Below, in pieces: positions 49,680-61,745 of a DNA stretch of 64,000 nucleotides. A program made the position numbers and the translations under genes. This stretch comes from Euglena gracilis (lineage: Eukaryota). Numbering within the stretch: the first letter of the stretch is position 1; each line of letters starts with the position of its first letter. The stretch is taken from the NCBI GenBank assembly GCA_039621445.1, contig CP154954.1, forward strand, positions 2,108,001 to 2,172,000, written 5' to 3'. The notes beneath the pieces were generated by a model that was given only the letters and a program-made list of their open reading frames with translations, had not been told where the DNA came from and searched no databases.

Positions 49680-52600
49680 GTATGCCCCCTCCCCTCCCCT
49701 CCCGTCCCGTTCCGTGGGGTGTTTCTCTCCACCGGGATGGGCCGGTGCTTTGAAAAGGAACCGCCGCCACGAACCCCCCGTCGCCCATGGTCTCTGCTGG
49801 CGGCTGCCCACTGAATCGCTCGGCGCAGTTGGGTTGTTCTCGCTGGGTCTCGGCTGTTGGTCCGCAGTCACGGCACCCGTCTCCCCCCACCCCACTCCCT
49901 GGGTGTGGTGCCCCCGCCCGTCTCGTCCGGGCGGTGCGTCGTCGTGTGGCGTGGAGAGGGGGTTTCCCTTGGTGGTTAATGGTGTCTTGAGTGCTTGCGG
50001 TGTGCTGGGGGATCAGGCCCAAGGATGGGCCGAGCTGCCTGACGGGACCAACCAAAAATACCCGACACATGTCTTTCTCGGAAGTTCCGCAGCTGACCAA
50101 AGTTACACCCAAATTTTGCTGCCTCATTTTTGTTTTTTTTTTGAAATTTTCAAAACATCTCTAAAATGAAGCAAATGAATAAATTTTTCAACATCAAAAG
50201 CAGCCTGCAAACTGCCCTGTCTAACCATATTTTAGTTTCAGTGTGATGGCCCTCATTAAGTTCATCAGGCATTTTTGCTGGAATTTGCTGGATTTTGCTT
50301 GATTTTTGAAATCGTTGGCATTTCGTAATTTCTCGCCTTTGAATACAGTGATTCCTTGGGCCAGGTAGGGAATTCCGGGAGCCCTCATGGAACGGAATTT
50401 TTTTTCCCGCATATCCCAAGCTCTGGCGTGTAGCTGTAGCCTGTTTGCGACACCAAACAGTGCTGCAAGCCCCCCACTCTACCATTCTCGTCCATTTTTG
50501 GGCCGACAAAAACCGTTTTGTACACTCCAGTTTGGGACATTTTTTTTTTGGGCCCCGTAATTGAGAAATACCAAATATCTCGAAAAATGAAGCAGAATCA
50601 AGCAGAATGGCCGAATATCCAAATTGAAGCCTTTACAATGCCCAATTGAACAGTTTTTTAGTGCCACCAAGCCCGAGATATGGCTGATTTATGCCCCAAA
50701 TCAGCACTGAAGGCTTTTTCGGGCCGGGCCGGGCCGCCGGGCTCGCGCCGGTTACCTTGCTGTTCATAACAAAGAAAACGTGGCAATTCCAGACCCTCCC
50801 TGTCCAACGCATTTTTCAGAAACAAACAAAAAAAGGTCGACGATTTGCGTCTTTGTGAATTTTTTATTGCAATTTTTTTGCAGTTTTGCCTAATTTCACC
50901 CAAAAAATGACGAAAATGAAATTTTCAACCAATTTTTGGTTGGCAAATTCTGTTCAACACTCTGCACTGCCCAAAGAGTCACCTGGACAACGAGAGGGGA
51001 AGAGTGGGCACCCGCAGCTTTTGAATCAAAACTGGTGTTTTTTCTCAGGGTTCAACGTATACCTGCTGCTGCCCACAGAACACATACATGCACACACTCG
51101 GGTGGGGAAATCCATTTTGTTTGCAGCATTTGGACAGTGGAATTGGAGGACATTTTTTTGCATTTCTTGCCGTGAGCGCCCAAGGTGCGGTGTTACTGGG
51201 CTGAGGGCTGAGGGCTGAGGGCACAGCGATCAGCAGAGTGCCCTCCCAGCCATGTGTGGCCCCTTTCCCCTCCCTCCGCCCCCTGCTGTCCGGCACATAG
51301 GCAACGACATTGGGATCGAGGGGACCGTAGCGTTGGCGGTGGCCAGGCCTGCGCTTCAGCGATGTCATCCCCCCCCCCCGGGGGGTGCCGGGGTGAATGG
51401 GTCACAGGAAGGCCTGGGCGGCCGGTGAGGGGGTGGGGTGGAGGCGGTGACGGCCGGCCAAGGCAGAGGAGAGGGGCCGGGTGGGAGTGGGGGCTACCGA
51501 GGGCCCGGCCCATCAGCTGGAGGGGAGGGCTGGCAGGTAGCAGACCCCCCATGGCTGGCGTGGCACTGTTGGGGCGGGTGTGGGTTGGGAAAGCGAAGGG
51601 GTGGCCCCGGCGCTGCGGACCAACTCCACGTTGCAGAAGGTGGACCTCTACAGTGTGGCCCCTCTCTGCGGTTCCTGTCACACACGTTGGTGCATTGGTG
51701 TGACGGGGAGGTGTCGTAGCAAAACCGTTTGTGTTAAAATGGTATCAGCCATATTTTCCACCACCTGCCATTGTGGGGTGGGGTGACAATGTGGCACCGT
51801 CAGATTCCAGCCAGCAGGATTGAGGGGAGGGGTTGATCCATGTCTGAGGACATGGAACAGTGCAATGCCTGTGGTGGTTTGTCGCACCAAACCCACCATG
51901 TCTCGTTTTTTGTTTATTTGCACCGAAAAGGGTATTTCTCCCCACCGAAAGGAGTTTTTGTTACCACATTTCCAGCAAAGCACCTGCTGAGTTGAACAAA
52001 GTCCACAAGACCCCCATCTCTTTGGGGGGTGATTCAGCCTGCACTTTTCTTCCCCCCAGCCAGCACCTTTTTCCAGCTGGCCCGCAGTTTTTGTCTGTTT
52101 TTTCTTATTTCCACCTTAGAGCCTGTGGCTACCGTGACCCACAGTTTGTTCCCGTGTTCTTTGTCACATCCCTTCTTCCCCTTGCCCTGCGCAGACAACG
52201 ACATTGGGCCGGAGGGCGCCAAAGCGTTGGCGGAGGCCAGGGCTGCGCTTCTGAACGGGGGAAGGTTGCCACACACCTGGGGGTAGGGGAAGTGTTGGGG
52301 CGGTGGGGGAAGGGTCAGCGTTGGGGATGAGGCTGCCGCGTCAGGGGCACCAAAGCCGCACACTCCACCCTCCCCAAGGTGTAGGGGTGTGGGGTGTGGG
52401 GGTGAGAAGCGGAGGGCTGGCCCCGGCTCTCCGGACAAACGCCACGCTGCAGGAGGTGCAACTCAGCCGTATGCCCCCTCCCCTCCCGTCCCGTTCCCTG
52501 GGGTGTTTCTCTCCACCGCGATGGGCCGGTGCTGTGAAAAGGAACCACCGCCACAAACCCCCCGTCGCCCATGGTCGCTGCTAGCTGCTGCCCGCTGAAT

Positions 52601-55600
52601 CGCTCGGTGCGGTTGGGTTGTTCTTGCTGGGTCTCGGCCATTGGTTCACAGTCACGGCACGCGTCACCCCCCACTCCACTCACCTGGGTGTGGTGCCCCC
52701 GCCCGTCTCGTCCGGGCGGTGCTTCATGCGGCGTCGAGTGGGGGGTTTCTCTTGATGGTTAATGGTGCCTTGAGTGCTTGCGGTGTGCTGGGGGATCAGG
52801 CCCAAGGATGGGCCGAGCTGCCTGACGGGACCAACCAAAAATATCCGACACATGTCTTTCTCAGAAGTTCCGCAGCTGACCAAAGTTACACCCAAATTCC
52901 GCTGCTTCATTTTTGTTTTGTTTTTTCTGAAATTTGAGAATATATCTAAAATTAGTAAAATGAGTAAGTTTTCAACATCAAAAGCAGCCTTTAAACTGCC
53001 CTGTCTAACCATATTTTGGTTTCAGTGTAAAGCCGTAATTAAATTCATCCAGCACTTTTGCTGGAATTTGATGTATTTTGCTTCATTTTTGAAATTGTTG
53101 GCATTTCGTTATTTTGCGCCTTTGAATACAGTGATTCCTCCCTCGGGCCAGGTGAGGAATAATGGGAGCCATCATGGAACGCAATTTCTTGCTGTCCCGC
53201 CCATCCCAAGCTCTGGCGTGTTTGCGACACCAAACAGTGCTGCAAGCCCCCCACTCTACCAGTCTCGTCCATCCCGCCTTTGGGCCGACAAAAACTGTTT
53301 TGTGCAGTCTAGTTTGGGACGTTTTTTTCTGGGCCCCAAAATTGCAAAATGCCAAATATCTCGAAAATGAAGCAGAATCAAACAGAATGTCCGAATATCC
53401 ACATTGAAACCTTCAAAATGCCCAACTAAACTGTTTTTTATTGCCGCCAAGCCTGAGATATGGCTGATTTACACTCCCAATCAGCACTGCAGGCTTGTCC
53501 GGGCCGGGCCGGGTACGTTGCTGTCATCACAAATAGCTCAGCACTAAAGAAAACGTGGCAATTTCAGACCCCCCCCTTTCAACGCACCCCTCAGGGCCGA
53601 CCAAAAAAAGGTCGACAATTTGCGCCTTCTGGATTTTTTAAGTAGTTTTGTCGAATTTTCACCCAAACAATGCACAAAATGATATATGTTACCGATATTT
53701 GGTTGGCATATTCTTTTCAACATTTTGCACTGCCCAAAGAGTAACCCAGACCACCCCCTCCCAGCCATGCGTGGCCCCTTTCCCCTCCCTCTGCCCCCTG
53801 CTGTCCGGCACGCAGACACCGGCCTTGGGGACGAGGGGACCGTGACGTTGGCGGTGGCCAGGCCTGCACTTCAGCGATGTCATCCCCCATCCACAGGGGT
53901 GCCGGGGTGGATGGGTCACAGGAAGGTCGGGGCGGCCGGTGAGGGTGGGTGGAGGCCGTGACGGCCGGCCGCTGCCAAGGCAGAGGGGAGGAGCCGGGTG
54001 CAGGCTTTTGCTTAAGGGATTGCAGTACCCCCCCGGGGGGGGGGGGCTGGACTACAGCTAGTCCAAATTGCCTAGTGGTATTTCTAGCAGACGGGGTTCT
54101 GTTAGGGCTAGCTAGTGGAAAAAATTTTCCTGTGACCGACGCGGACCCCCAAAAATGGCTAAAAATGCCCGTTGGGAATTTTTGTAACGAAATCAGCCAA
54201 AAACCTACTCAAAACCTCATTTTTCCAGTTCGGGGACCCCCCGGAAACCCCCCACCCCCGGGGGTGGAAGTGGGTCTAGTTAGTCCACTTTTTTCCAGTG
54301 TCTAGCCGATTGGCTAGTCAGTACCCCCCCTTCCGGGGGTCCTTAAGCAAAAGCCTGGCCGGCAGGGAGTGGGGGCTGCCGAGGGCCCGGCCCATCCGCT
54401 GGAGGGGAGGGCTGGCAGGAAGCGGACCACACATAGCTGGTGTTGCACTGTGGGGGTGGGGGTTGGGGAAGCGAAGGGGTGGCCCCGGCGCTGCGGACCA
54501 ACGCCGCGTTGCAGAAGGTGAACCTCAGATGTATGGCCCCTCTCTGCGGTTCCTGTCACACACGTTGGTGTATTGGTGTGACGGGGAGGTGCCGTAGCAA
54601 AACCGTTTGTGTTAAAATGGTATCGATCATATTTTCCACCACCTGCCATTGTGGGGTGGGGGGACAATGTGGTACCGTCGGATTCCAGCCAGCAGCATTG
54701 GGGGGGGGGGGCTGATCCATGTCTTAGGACATGGAACAGTGCAATGCCTGTGGTGGTTTGTCGCACCAAACTCACAATGTTCTGTTTATTGTTAATCTGC
54801 ACTGAAAGGGGTATTTGTCCCCACATTTCTAGCAAAGCACCTGCTGAATTGCACAAAGCACTGTGAGCGAAGTGACTCGTGTGTGACACAACACCTTCCC
54901 ATCAAAGCGAGGAGATGAACCCTACAGCACCTCGGAGGTGTATTTTGGTTACGAAAGGATCATTTTTTTTACTGCAACAAACATTGCAGATGAATACTTT
55001 GGGTTTTCTTGAGCCGGAGGTGACCCTACCCGAGGGGGGGTCCAGACTGCCAGTAACTTTTTTCCAGTCATCACCTCCCAGCTGGGCTGGGATCCACACC
55101 CTGTTGTGGGTCCGTTGGGATACAGTTTAGGCCAAGCCAGCGAAGCCGGGCAGTTACCGATAATGTTTTCAGCGCAAAGCCACAAAATTTTGGAGAAAAG
55201 GGTCAAAAATGGCCAAAAATGTATTTTTTAGGTGCTTTTTGAGTTTTCACCTCCTGATTTTGCTTAAAAATGGCAACGCGGCTCGATTTAGGTTTTTTGG
55301 GGGGGACTTCTTGGGTACCTGTCCCCCCAGCCAGCAACTTTTTCCAGCTGGCCCGCAGTTTTTGTCTGTTTTTGCTTATTTCCACCTTAGAGCCTGTGGC
55401 TACCGTGACCCACAGTTCGTTCCCGTGTTCTTTGTCACTTCCCTTCTTCCCCTTGCCCTGCGCAGGGAACTCCATCGGGTCGGAGGGCGCCAAAGCGTTG
55501 GCGGAGGCCAGGGCTGCGCTTCTGAACGGGGGAAGGTTGCCACCCCCCGGGGGGTGGGGGAAGGTTTGGGGCGGTGGGGGAAGGGTCAGCGTTGGGGATG

Positions 55601-57074
55601 GGACTGCCGCGTCAGGGGCACCAAACCACACACCCCACCCTCCCCAAGGTGCGGGCGTGTGGGGTGTGGGGGTGAGAAGCGGAGGGCTGGCCCCGGCTCT
55701 CCGGACTAACGCCACGCTGCGGGAGGTGAACCTCCTTGGTATGCCCCCTCCCCTCCCCTCCCGTACCGTTCCGTGGGGTGTTTCTCTCCACCGCGATGGG
55801 CCGGTGCTGTGAAAAGGAACCACCGCCACAAACCCCCCGTCGCCCATGGTCGCTGCTAGCTGATGCCCGCTGAATCGCTCGGTGCGGTTGGGTTGTTCTC
55901 GCTGGGTCTCGGCCATTGGTCCCCAGTCACGGCACGCGTCACCCCCCACCCCACTCCCTGAGTGTGGTGCCCCCGCCCGTCTCGTCCGGGCGGTGCGTCG
56001 TGTGGCGTGGAGTGGGGGGTTTCTCTTGATGGTTAATTGTGTCCTGAGTGTTTGCGGCACACGGCACATACGGCACATGTGTTTCTCGGAAGTTCCGCAG
56101 CTGACCAAAGTTACACCCAAATTCTGCTGCCTCATTTTTGATTTGTTTTTTGAAATTTCAGAATAACTCTAAAATGAAGCAAAATGAATAAATTTGTCAA
56201 CATCAAAAGCCGCCTTTAACCTGCCCTGTCTAACCATATTTTCGTTTCAGTGTAAAGCTGTAAATAAGTTCATCAAGCACTTTTGTTGTATTTTGCTTCA
56301 TTTTTGAAATCGGTGGCATTTCGCGCTTTTGCAGCTTAAATACAGTGATTCCTCGGGCCAGGTAAGGAATTACGGGAGCCCTCATGGAACGCAATTTTTA
56401 TTTTCCACCCATCCCAAGCTCTGGCGTGTTTGCGACACCAAACAGTGCTGCAAGCCCCCCACTCTACCATTCTCGTCCATCCCGTCTTTGGGCCGACAGA
56501 AACTGTTTTGTGCAGTCCAGTTTGGGACGTTTTTTCTGGGCCCCAAAATTGCGAAATACCAAATATCTCGAAAATGAAGCAGAATCAAACAGAATGTCCA
56601 GATATCTAAATTGAAACCTTAAGAATGCCCAATTAAAACTTTTTTATTGCCGCCAAGCCTGAGAAATGGCTGATTTACACTCCCAATCAGCATTGCAGGC
56701 TTGTCTGGGCTGTGATGGGCCGCTGGGCCGGGCCGGGTATGTTGCTGTTCATCACAAAGAGCTCAGCACCAAAGAAAACGTGGCAATTCCAGACCCCCCC
56801 TCCAACGCACCACTCAGGGCCAACCCAAAAAAGGTCGACAATTTGCGCCTTTGCGATTTTTAAGCAATTTTTCCGAATTTTCACCCAAACAATGCCGAAA
56901 ATTAATATTTTTCACCGATTTTTGGTTGGCAAATTCTTTTCAACGCTCTGCACTGCCCAAAGAGTCACCCGGACCACGAGAGGGGAAGGGTGACTCTTAG
57001 GCACCCCCTGCATTCCAATAAAAAAAACGGTGTTTTTTCTTAGGGTTTCAAGGCATGCCTGCTGCTGCCCAAAG

Positions 57075-57141
<67 letters not shown>

Positions 57142-60100
57142 GCGCGCGCGCGCGGATGCGCAAAGAGCACGGATGCCCGAACACGCAAAGAGGCAGTTCG
57201 CGGTTGTTAATATCGCAGATGAAACCCCTTTTTGTTTTCTTGAGTCGGAGGTGACCCTACACGGGGGGGGGGGGTCCAGACTGCGCTGTAATTACACCAG
57301 AGTTACTCACCCGGCCAGGGGGAGCAACAAAAGAGCACTGGTGTAAGGGGTCCTTGGCCACTTACCACACAGCAAACTGGGCCAGAAACGAAGATAGTGC
57401 CGGCCATAAACAGACAAGAAGCCTTAGTGCAACAAAGGGGGGTTCCAGACTGCCAGCAACTTTTTCCAGCATGCACTTCCCAGCTGGGCTGGGATCCACA
57501 CCCTGTGGTGGGTCCGCTGAAATAAAATTTGGGCCAAACCAGCGAAGCCAGGCAGTAACGATAACGTTTCGGCGCAAAGCCTCAAAATTTTTGGAGACAT
57601 GGGTCAAAAGTAGCCTAAAAAGTGGTTTTCCAGGTGCTTTTTGAGTTTTTACCTCCTGATTTTGAGGGGAAAAATGGCAACGCATCTCGATTTTTGCTTT
57701 TGGGGGGTACATCTTGGGTACCTGCCGGATGCTCAACCTCACAGGACCCGGGGGGTGATTCAGCCTGCACTTTTCTTCCCCCCAGCCAGCAACTTTTTCC
57801 AGGTGGCCCACAGTATTTTTATTTCTTTTTGGCTTATTTCCACCTTAGAGCCTGTGGCTACCGTGACCCACAGTTCGTTCCCGTGTTCTTTGTCACTTCC
57901 CTTCTTCCTCTTGCCCTGCGCAGGCAACGCCATCGGGCCGGAGGGCGCCAAAGCGTTGGCGGAGGCCAGGGCTGCGCTTCTGAATGGGGGAAGGTTGCCA
58001 CACACCCGGGGGTAGGGGAAGTGTTGGGGCGGTGGGGGAATGGTCAGCGTTGGGGATGGGGCTGCCGCGTCAGGGGCACCAAACCACACACCCAACCCTC
58101 CCCAAGGTGTGTGGGGGTGTGGGGTGTGGGGGTGAGAAGCGGAGGGCTGGCCCCGGCTCTCCGGACTAACGCCACGCTGCAGGAGGTGGACCTCGGCTGT
58201 ATGCCCCCTCCCCTCCCGTCCCGTTCCGTGGGGTGTTTCTCTCCACCGCGATGGGCCAGTGCTGTGAAAAGGAACCGCCGCCACAAACCCCCCGTCGGCC
58301 CAAGGGCTGTGTGAATCGCTCGGCGTGGTTGGGTTGTTGTCGCTGGGTCTCGGCCATTGGTCCCCAGTCACGGCACGCGTCACCCCCCACCCCACTCACC
58401 TGGGTGTGGTGCCCCCGCCCGTCTCGTCCGGGCGGTGCTTCATGCGGCGTGGAGTGGGGGGTTTCTCTTGATGGTTAATTGTGTCCTGAGTGCTTGCGGT
58501 GTACTGGGGGATCAGGCCCAAGGATTAGCCGAGCTATGTAGCTGACCAAAGTTACACCCAAATTTTGCTGCCTCATTTTTGATATGTTTTTTTTGAAATT
58601 TGAAAATATATCTGAAATTCAGCAAAATGAGTAGATTTTCAACATCAAAAGCAGCCTTTAAACTGCCCTGTCTAACCATATTTTGGTTTCAGTGTAAAGC
58701 CGTAATTAAATTCATCAAGCATTTTTGCTGGAATTTGATGTTTTGCTTCATTTTTGAAATTGTTGGCATTTCGCTATTTTGCGGCTTAAATACAGTGATT
58801 ACTCGGGCCAGGTGAGGAATTATGGGAGCCCTCATGGGACGCAGTTTTTATTCTCCCCCGCTTCCTGCGGTCCCGCCCATCCCAAGCTCTGGCGTGTTTG
58901 CGACACCAAACAGTGCTGCAAGCTCCCCACTCTACCAGTCTCGTCCATCCAGTCTTTGGGCCGACAAAAACTGTTTTGTGCAGTCTAGTTTGGGACGTTT
59001 TTTCCTTGGTCCCATCATTACAAAATGCCGAATAACTCGGAAATTAAGCAGAATCAAGCAGAATGTCCGGATATCCAAATTGGAACCTTAAAGATGCCCA
59101 ACTAAACTGTTTTTTATTGCCCCTTTCCCCTCCCTCTGCCACCTGCTGTCCGGCACGTAGGCACCGGCATTGGGGACGAGGGGACCGTAGCGTTGGCGGT
59201 GGCCAGGCCTGCGCTTCAGCGATGTCATCCCCCTCCCCTGGGGGTGTCGGGGTGGATGGGGCACAGGAAGGCCTGGGCGGCCGGTGAGGGGCGGGTGGAG
59301 GCGGTGCCGGCCGGCCGCTGCCAAGGCAGAGGGGAGGGGCCGGGTGGGAGTGGGGGCTGCCGAGGGCCCGGCCCATCCGCTGGAGAGAAGGGCTATCAGT
59401 AAGCAGACCCCCCATGGCTGGTGTGGCACTGTGGGGTGGGGGTGGGTTGGGGAAGCGAAGGGGTGGCCCCGGCGCTGCGGACCAACTCCGCGTTGCAGAA
59501 GGTGGACCTCCACTGTATGTCCCCTCTCACGTTGGTGCATTGACGTGACGGGGAGGTGCCGTTGCAAAACAGTTTGTGTTGAAATGGTATCGATCCTATT
59601 TTCCACCACCTGCCATTGTGGGGTGGGGATCCAATGTGGTACCGTCGGATTCCAGCCAGCAGGATTGAGGGGGGGGGGAGGCTGATCCATGTTTGAGGAC
59701 ATGGAACATTGCAATGCCTGTGGTAGTTTATCGCACCAAACCCTCCCTATCCCGTTTTTTTTTGTTTCATTGTGCTGAAAGGGGTATTTGTCCCCACATT
59801 TTCAGCAAAGCACCTGCTGAATTGCACAAAGCACTGTGAGCGAAGTGACTCGTGTGTGACACAACACCCTCCCATCAAAGCGAGGAGATGAAGCCTGCAG
59901 AACCTCGGAGGTGTATTTTGGTTACGAAAGGATCATTTTTTTTACTGCAACAAACATTGCAGATGAATACTTTGGGTTTTCTTGAGCCGGAGGTGACCCT
60001 ACCCGAGGGGGGGTCCAGACTGCCAGTAACTTTTTTCCAGTCATCACCTCCCAGCTGGGCTGGGATCCACACCCTGTTGTGGGTCCGTTGGGATACAGTT

Positions 60101-60711
60101 TAGGCCAAGCCAGCGAAGCCGGGCAGTTACCGATAATGTTTTCAGCGCAAAGCCACAAAATTTTGGAGAAAAGGGTCAAAAATGGCCAAAAATGTATTTT
60201 TTAGGTGCTTTTTGAGTTTTCACCTCCTGATTTTGCTTAAAAATGGCAACGCGGCTCGATTTAGGTTTTTTTGGGGGGACTTCTTGGGTACCTGTCCCCC
60301 CAGCCAGCAACTTTTTCCAGCTGGCCCGCAGTTTTTGTCTGTTTTTGCTTATTTCCACCTTAGAGCCTGTGGCTACCGTGACCCACAGTTCGTTCCCGTG
60401 TTCTTTGTCCCTTCCCTTCTTCCCCTTGCCCTGCGCAGGGAACTCCATCGGGTCGGAGGGCGCCAAAGCGTTGGCGCAGGCCAGGGCTACGCTTCTGAAC
60501 GGGGGAAGGTTGCCACACACCCGGGGGTAGGGGAAGTGTTGGGGTGGTGGGGGAAGGGTCAGCGTTGGGGATGGGACTGCCGCGTCAGGGGCACCAAACC
60601 ACACACACCACCCTCCCCAAGGTGTGGGGGTGTGGGGTGTGGGGGTGAGAGGCGGAGGGCTGGCCCCGGCTCTCCGGACTAACGCCACGCTGCGGGAGGT
60701 GAACCTCAGCC
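49405..60711 (+). CDS. Ribonuclease-inhibitor/NLRC3-like LRR protein, eight 28-aa modules in 16 micro-exons; start and stop not in view
   Basis: Spliced frame has no stop: xNAIGPEGAKALAEALRTNATLQEVNLG SNDIGIEGTVALAVALRTNSTLQKVDLY NNDIGPEGAKALAEALRTNATLQEVQLS HTGLGDEGTVTLAVALRTNAALQKVNLR WNSIGSEGAKALAEALRTNATLREVNLL GNAIGPEGAKALAEALRTNATLQEVDLG CTGIGDEGTVALAVALRTNSALQKVDLH WNSIGSEGAKALAQALRTNATLREVNLS. Confidence 0.9.
51301..51652 (+). CDS. LRR module 2 (type B): exons 51301-51340 and 51609-51652
   Basis: Same 40+44 layout; internal intron GGCCAG...GTGGCCCC. Confidence 0.85.
52195..52468 (+). CDS. LRR module 3 (type A): exons 52195-52234 and 52425-52468
   Basis: Same 40+44 layout and junctions. 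Confidence 0.88.
53816..54530 (+). CDS. LRR module 4 (type B): exons 53816-53855 and 54487-54530
   Basis: Same layout; internal intron enlarged by a MITE. Confidence 0.85.
54001..54357. mobile_element. hAT-like MITE, family CAGGCTTTTGCTTAAGG, inside a non-conventional intron
   Basis: Perfect 17-bp TIRs; flanks GCCGGGTG / GCCGGCAG; empty site gccgggtgggagtggg in modules 2 and 7. Confidence 0.9.
55466..55738 (+). CDS. LRR module 5 (type A): exons 55466-55505 and 55695-55738
   Basis: Same 40+44 layout and junctions. Confidence 0.88.
57077..57139. repeat. (CA)n microsatellite
   Basis: Direct reading of the sequence. Confidence 0.95.
57924..58198 (+). CDS. LRR module 6 (type A): exons 57924-57963 and 58155-58198
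   Basis: Same 40+44 layout and junctions. Confidence 0.88.
59161..59514 (+). CDS. LRR module 7 (type B): exons 59161-59200 and 59471-59514
   Basis: Same 40+44 layout and junctions. Confidence 0.85.
60439..60711 (+). CDS. LRR module 8 (type A): exons 60439-60478 and 60668-60711
   Basis: Same 40+44 layout and junctions. Confidence 0.88.
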
Positions 60712-61745
60712 GTATGCCCCCTCCCGTCACGTCCCATTGTGTGGGGTGTTTCTCTCCACCACGATGGGACGGTGCTGTGAAACGGAACCCCCGCCAGGAA
60801 CCCCCCCGTCGGCCCAAGGGGTTTGTGAATCGCTCGGTACAGTTGTGTTATTCTCGCTGGGTCTCGGCCATTGGTTCCCAGTCACGGCACGCGTCTCCCC
60901 CCACCCCCCTCCCTGGATGTTTGTACCCCCGCCCGTCTCGTCCGGGCAGAGCTTCATGCGGCGTGGAGTGGGGGGTTTATCTTGATGGTTAATTGTGTCC
61001 TGAGTGCTTGCGGTGTGCTGGGGGATCAGGCCCAAGGATAGGCCGAGCTGCCCAAAGGGACCAACAAAAAAAATCAAGCCCGTGTAAACGCCGTGTGCAC
61101 ATGTCTTTCTCGGAAGTTTCGCAGCTGACCAAAGTTACACCCAAATTTTGCTGCCTCATTTTTGGTTTTTTTTTGAAATTTGAGAATATCTCTAAAATGA
61201 AGCAAAATGAATAAAATTTTCAAGATCAAAAGCAGCTCCTAAACTGCCCTGTCTAATTGTGTTTTGGTTTCAGTGTAAAGGCCGTATTTAAGTTCATCAA
61301 GCACTTTTGCTGGAATTTGATGGATTTTGCTTCATTTTTAAAATTGTTGGCATTTCGCGATTTTGTGGCTTAAATACAGTGATTCCTCGGGCCAAGTAGG
61401 GAATTACGGGAGCCCGCATGGAACTGAATTTCCCCCCCCCCACTTCCTGCGGTCCCGCCCATCCCAGGCTCTGGCGTGTTTGCGACACCAAACAGTGCTG
61501 CAAGCCCCCCAATCTACCATTCTCGTCCATCCCGTCTTTGGACCAAAAAAAATGTTTTGAACAGTCCAGTTTGGGACGTTTTTCCTGGGCCCCAAAATTT
61601 GAAAATGCCAAATATCTCGAAAATGAAGCAGAATCAAGCAGAATGTCCGGATATCCATATTGAAACCTTAAGAATGCCCAATTGAACAGTTTTTGAGTGC
61701 CGCCAAGCCTGAGATATGGCTGATTTACAATTCCAATCAGCACCG

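Noticed and set aside
55203-56135. 310-aa minus-strand ORF and similar ORFs across the LRR array
   Set aside because: Antisense read-through of GC-rich intron repeats; the plus-strand spliced LRR explains the conservation.
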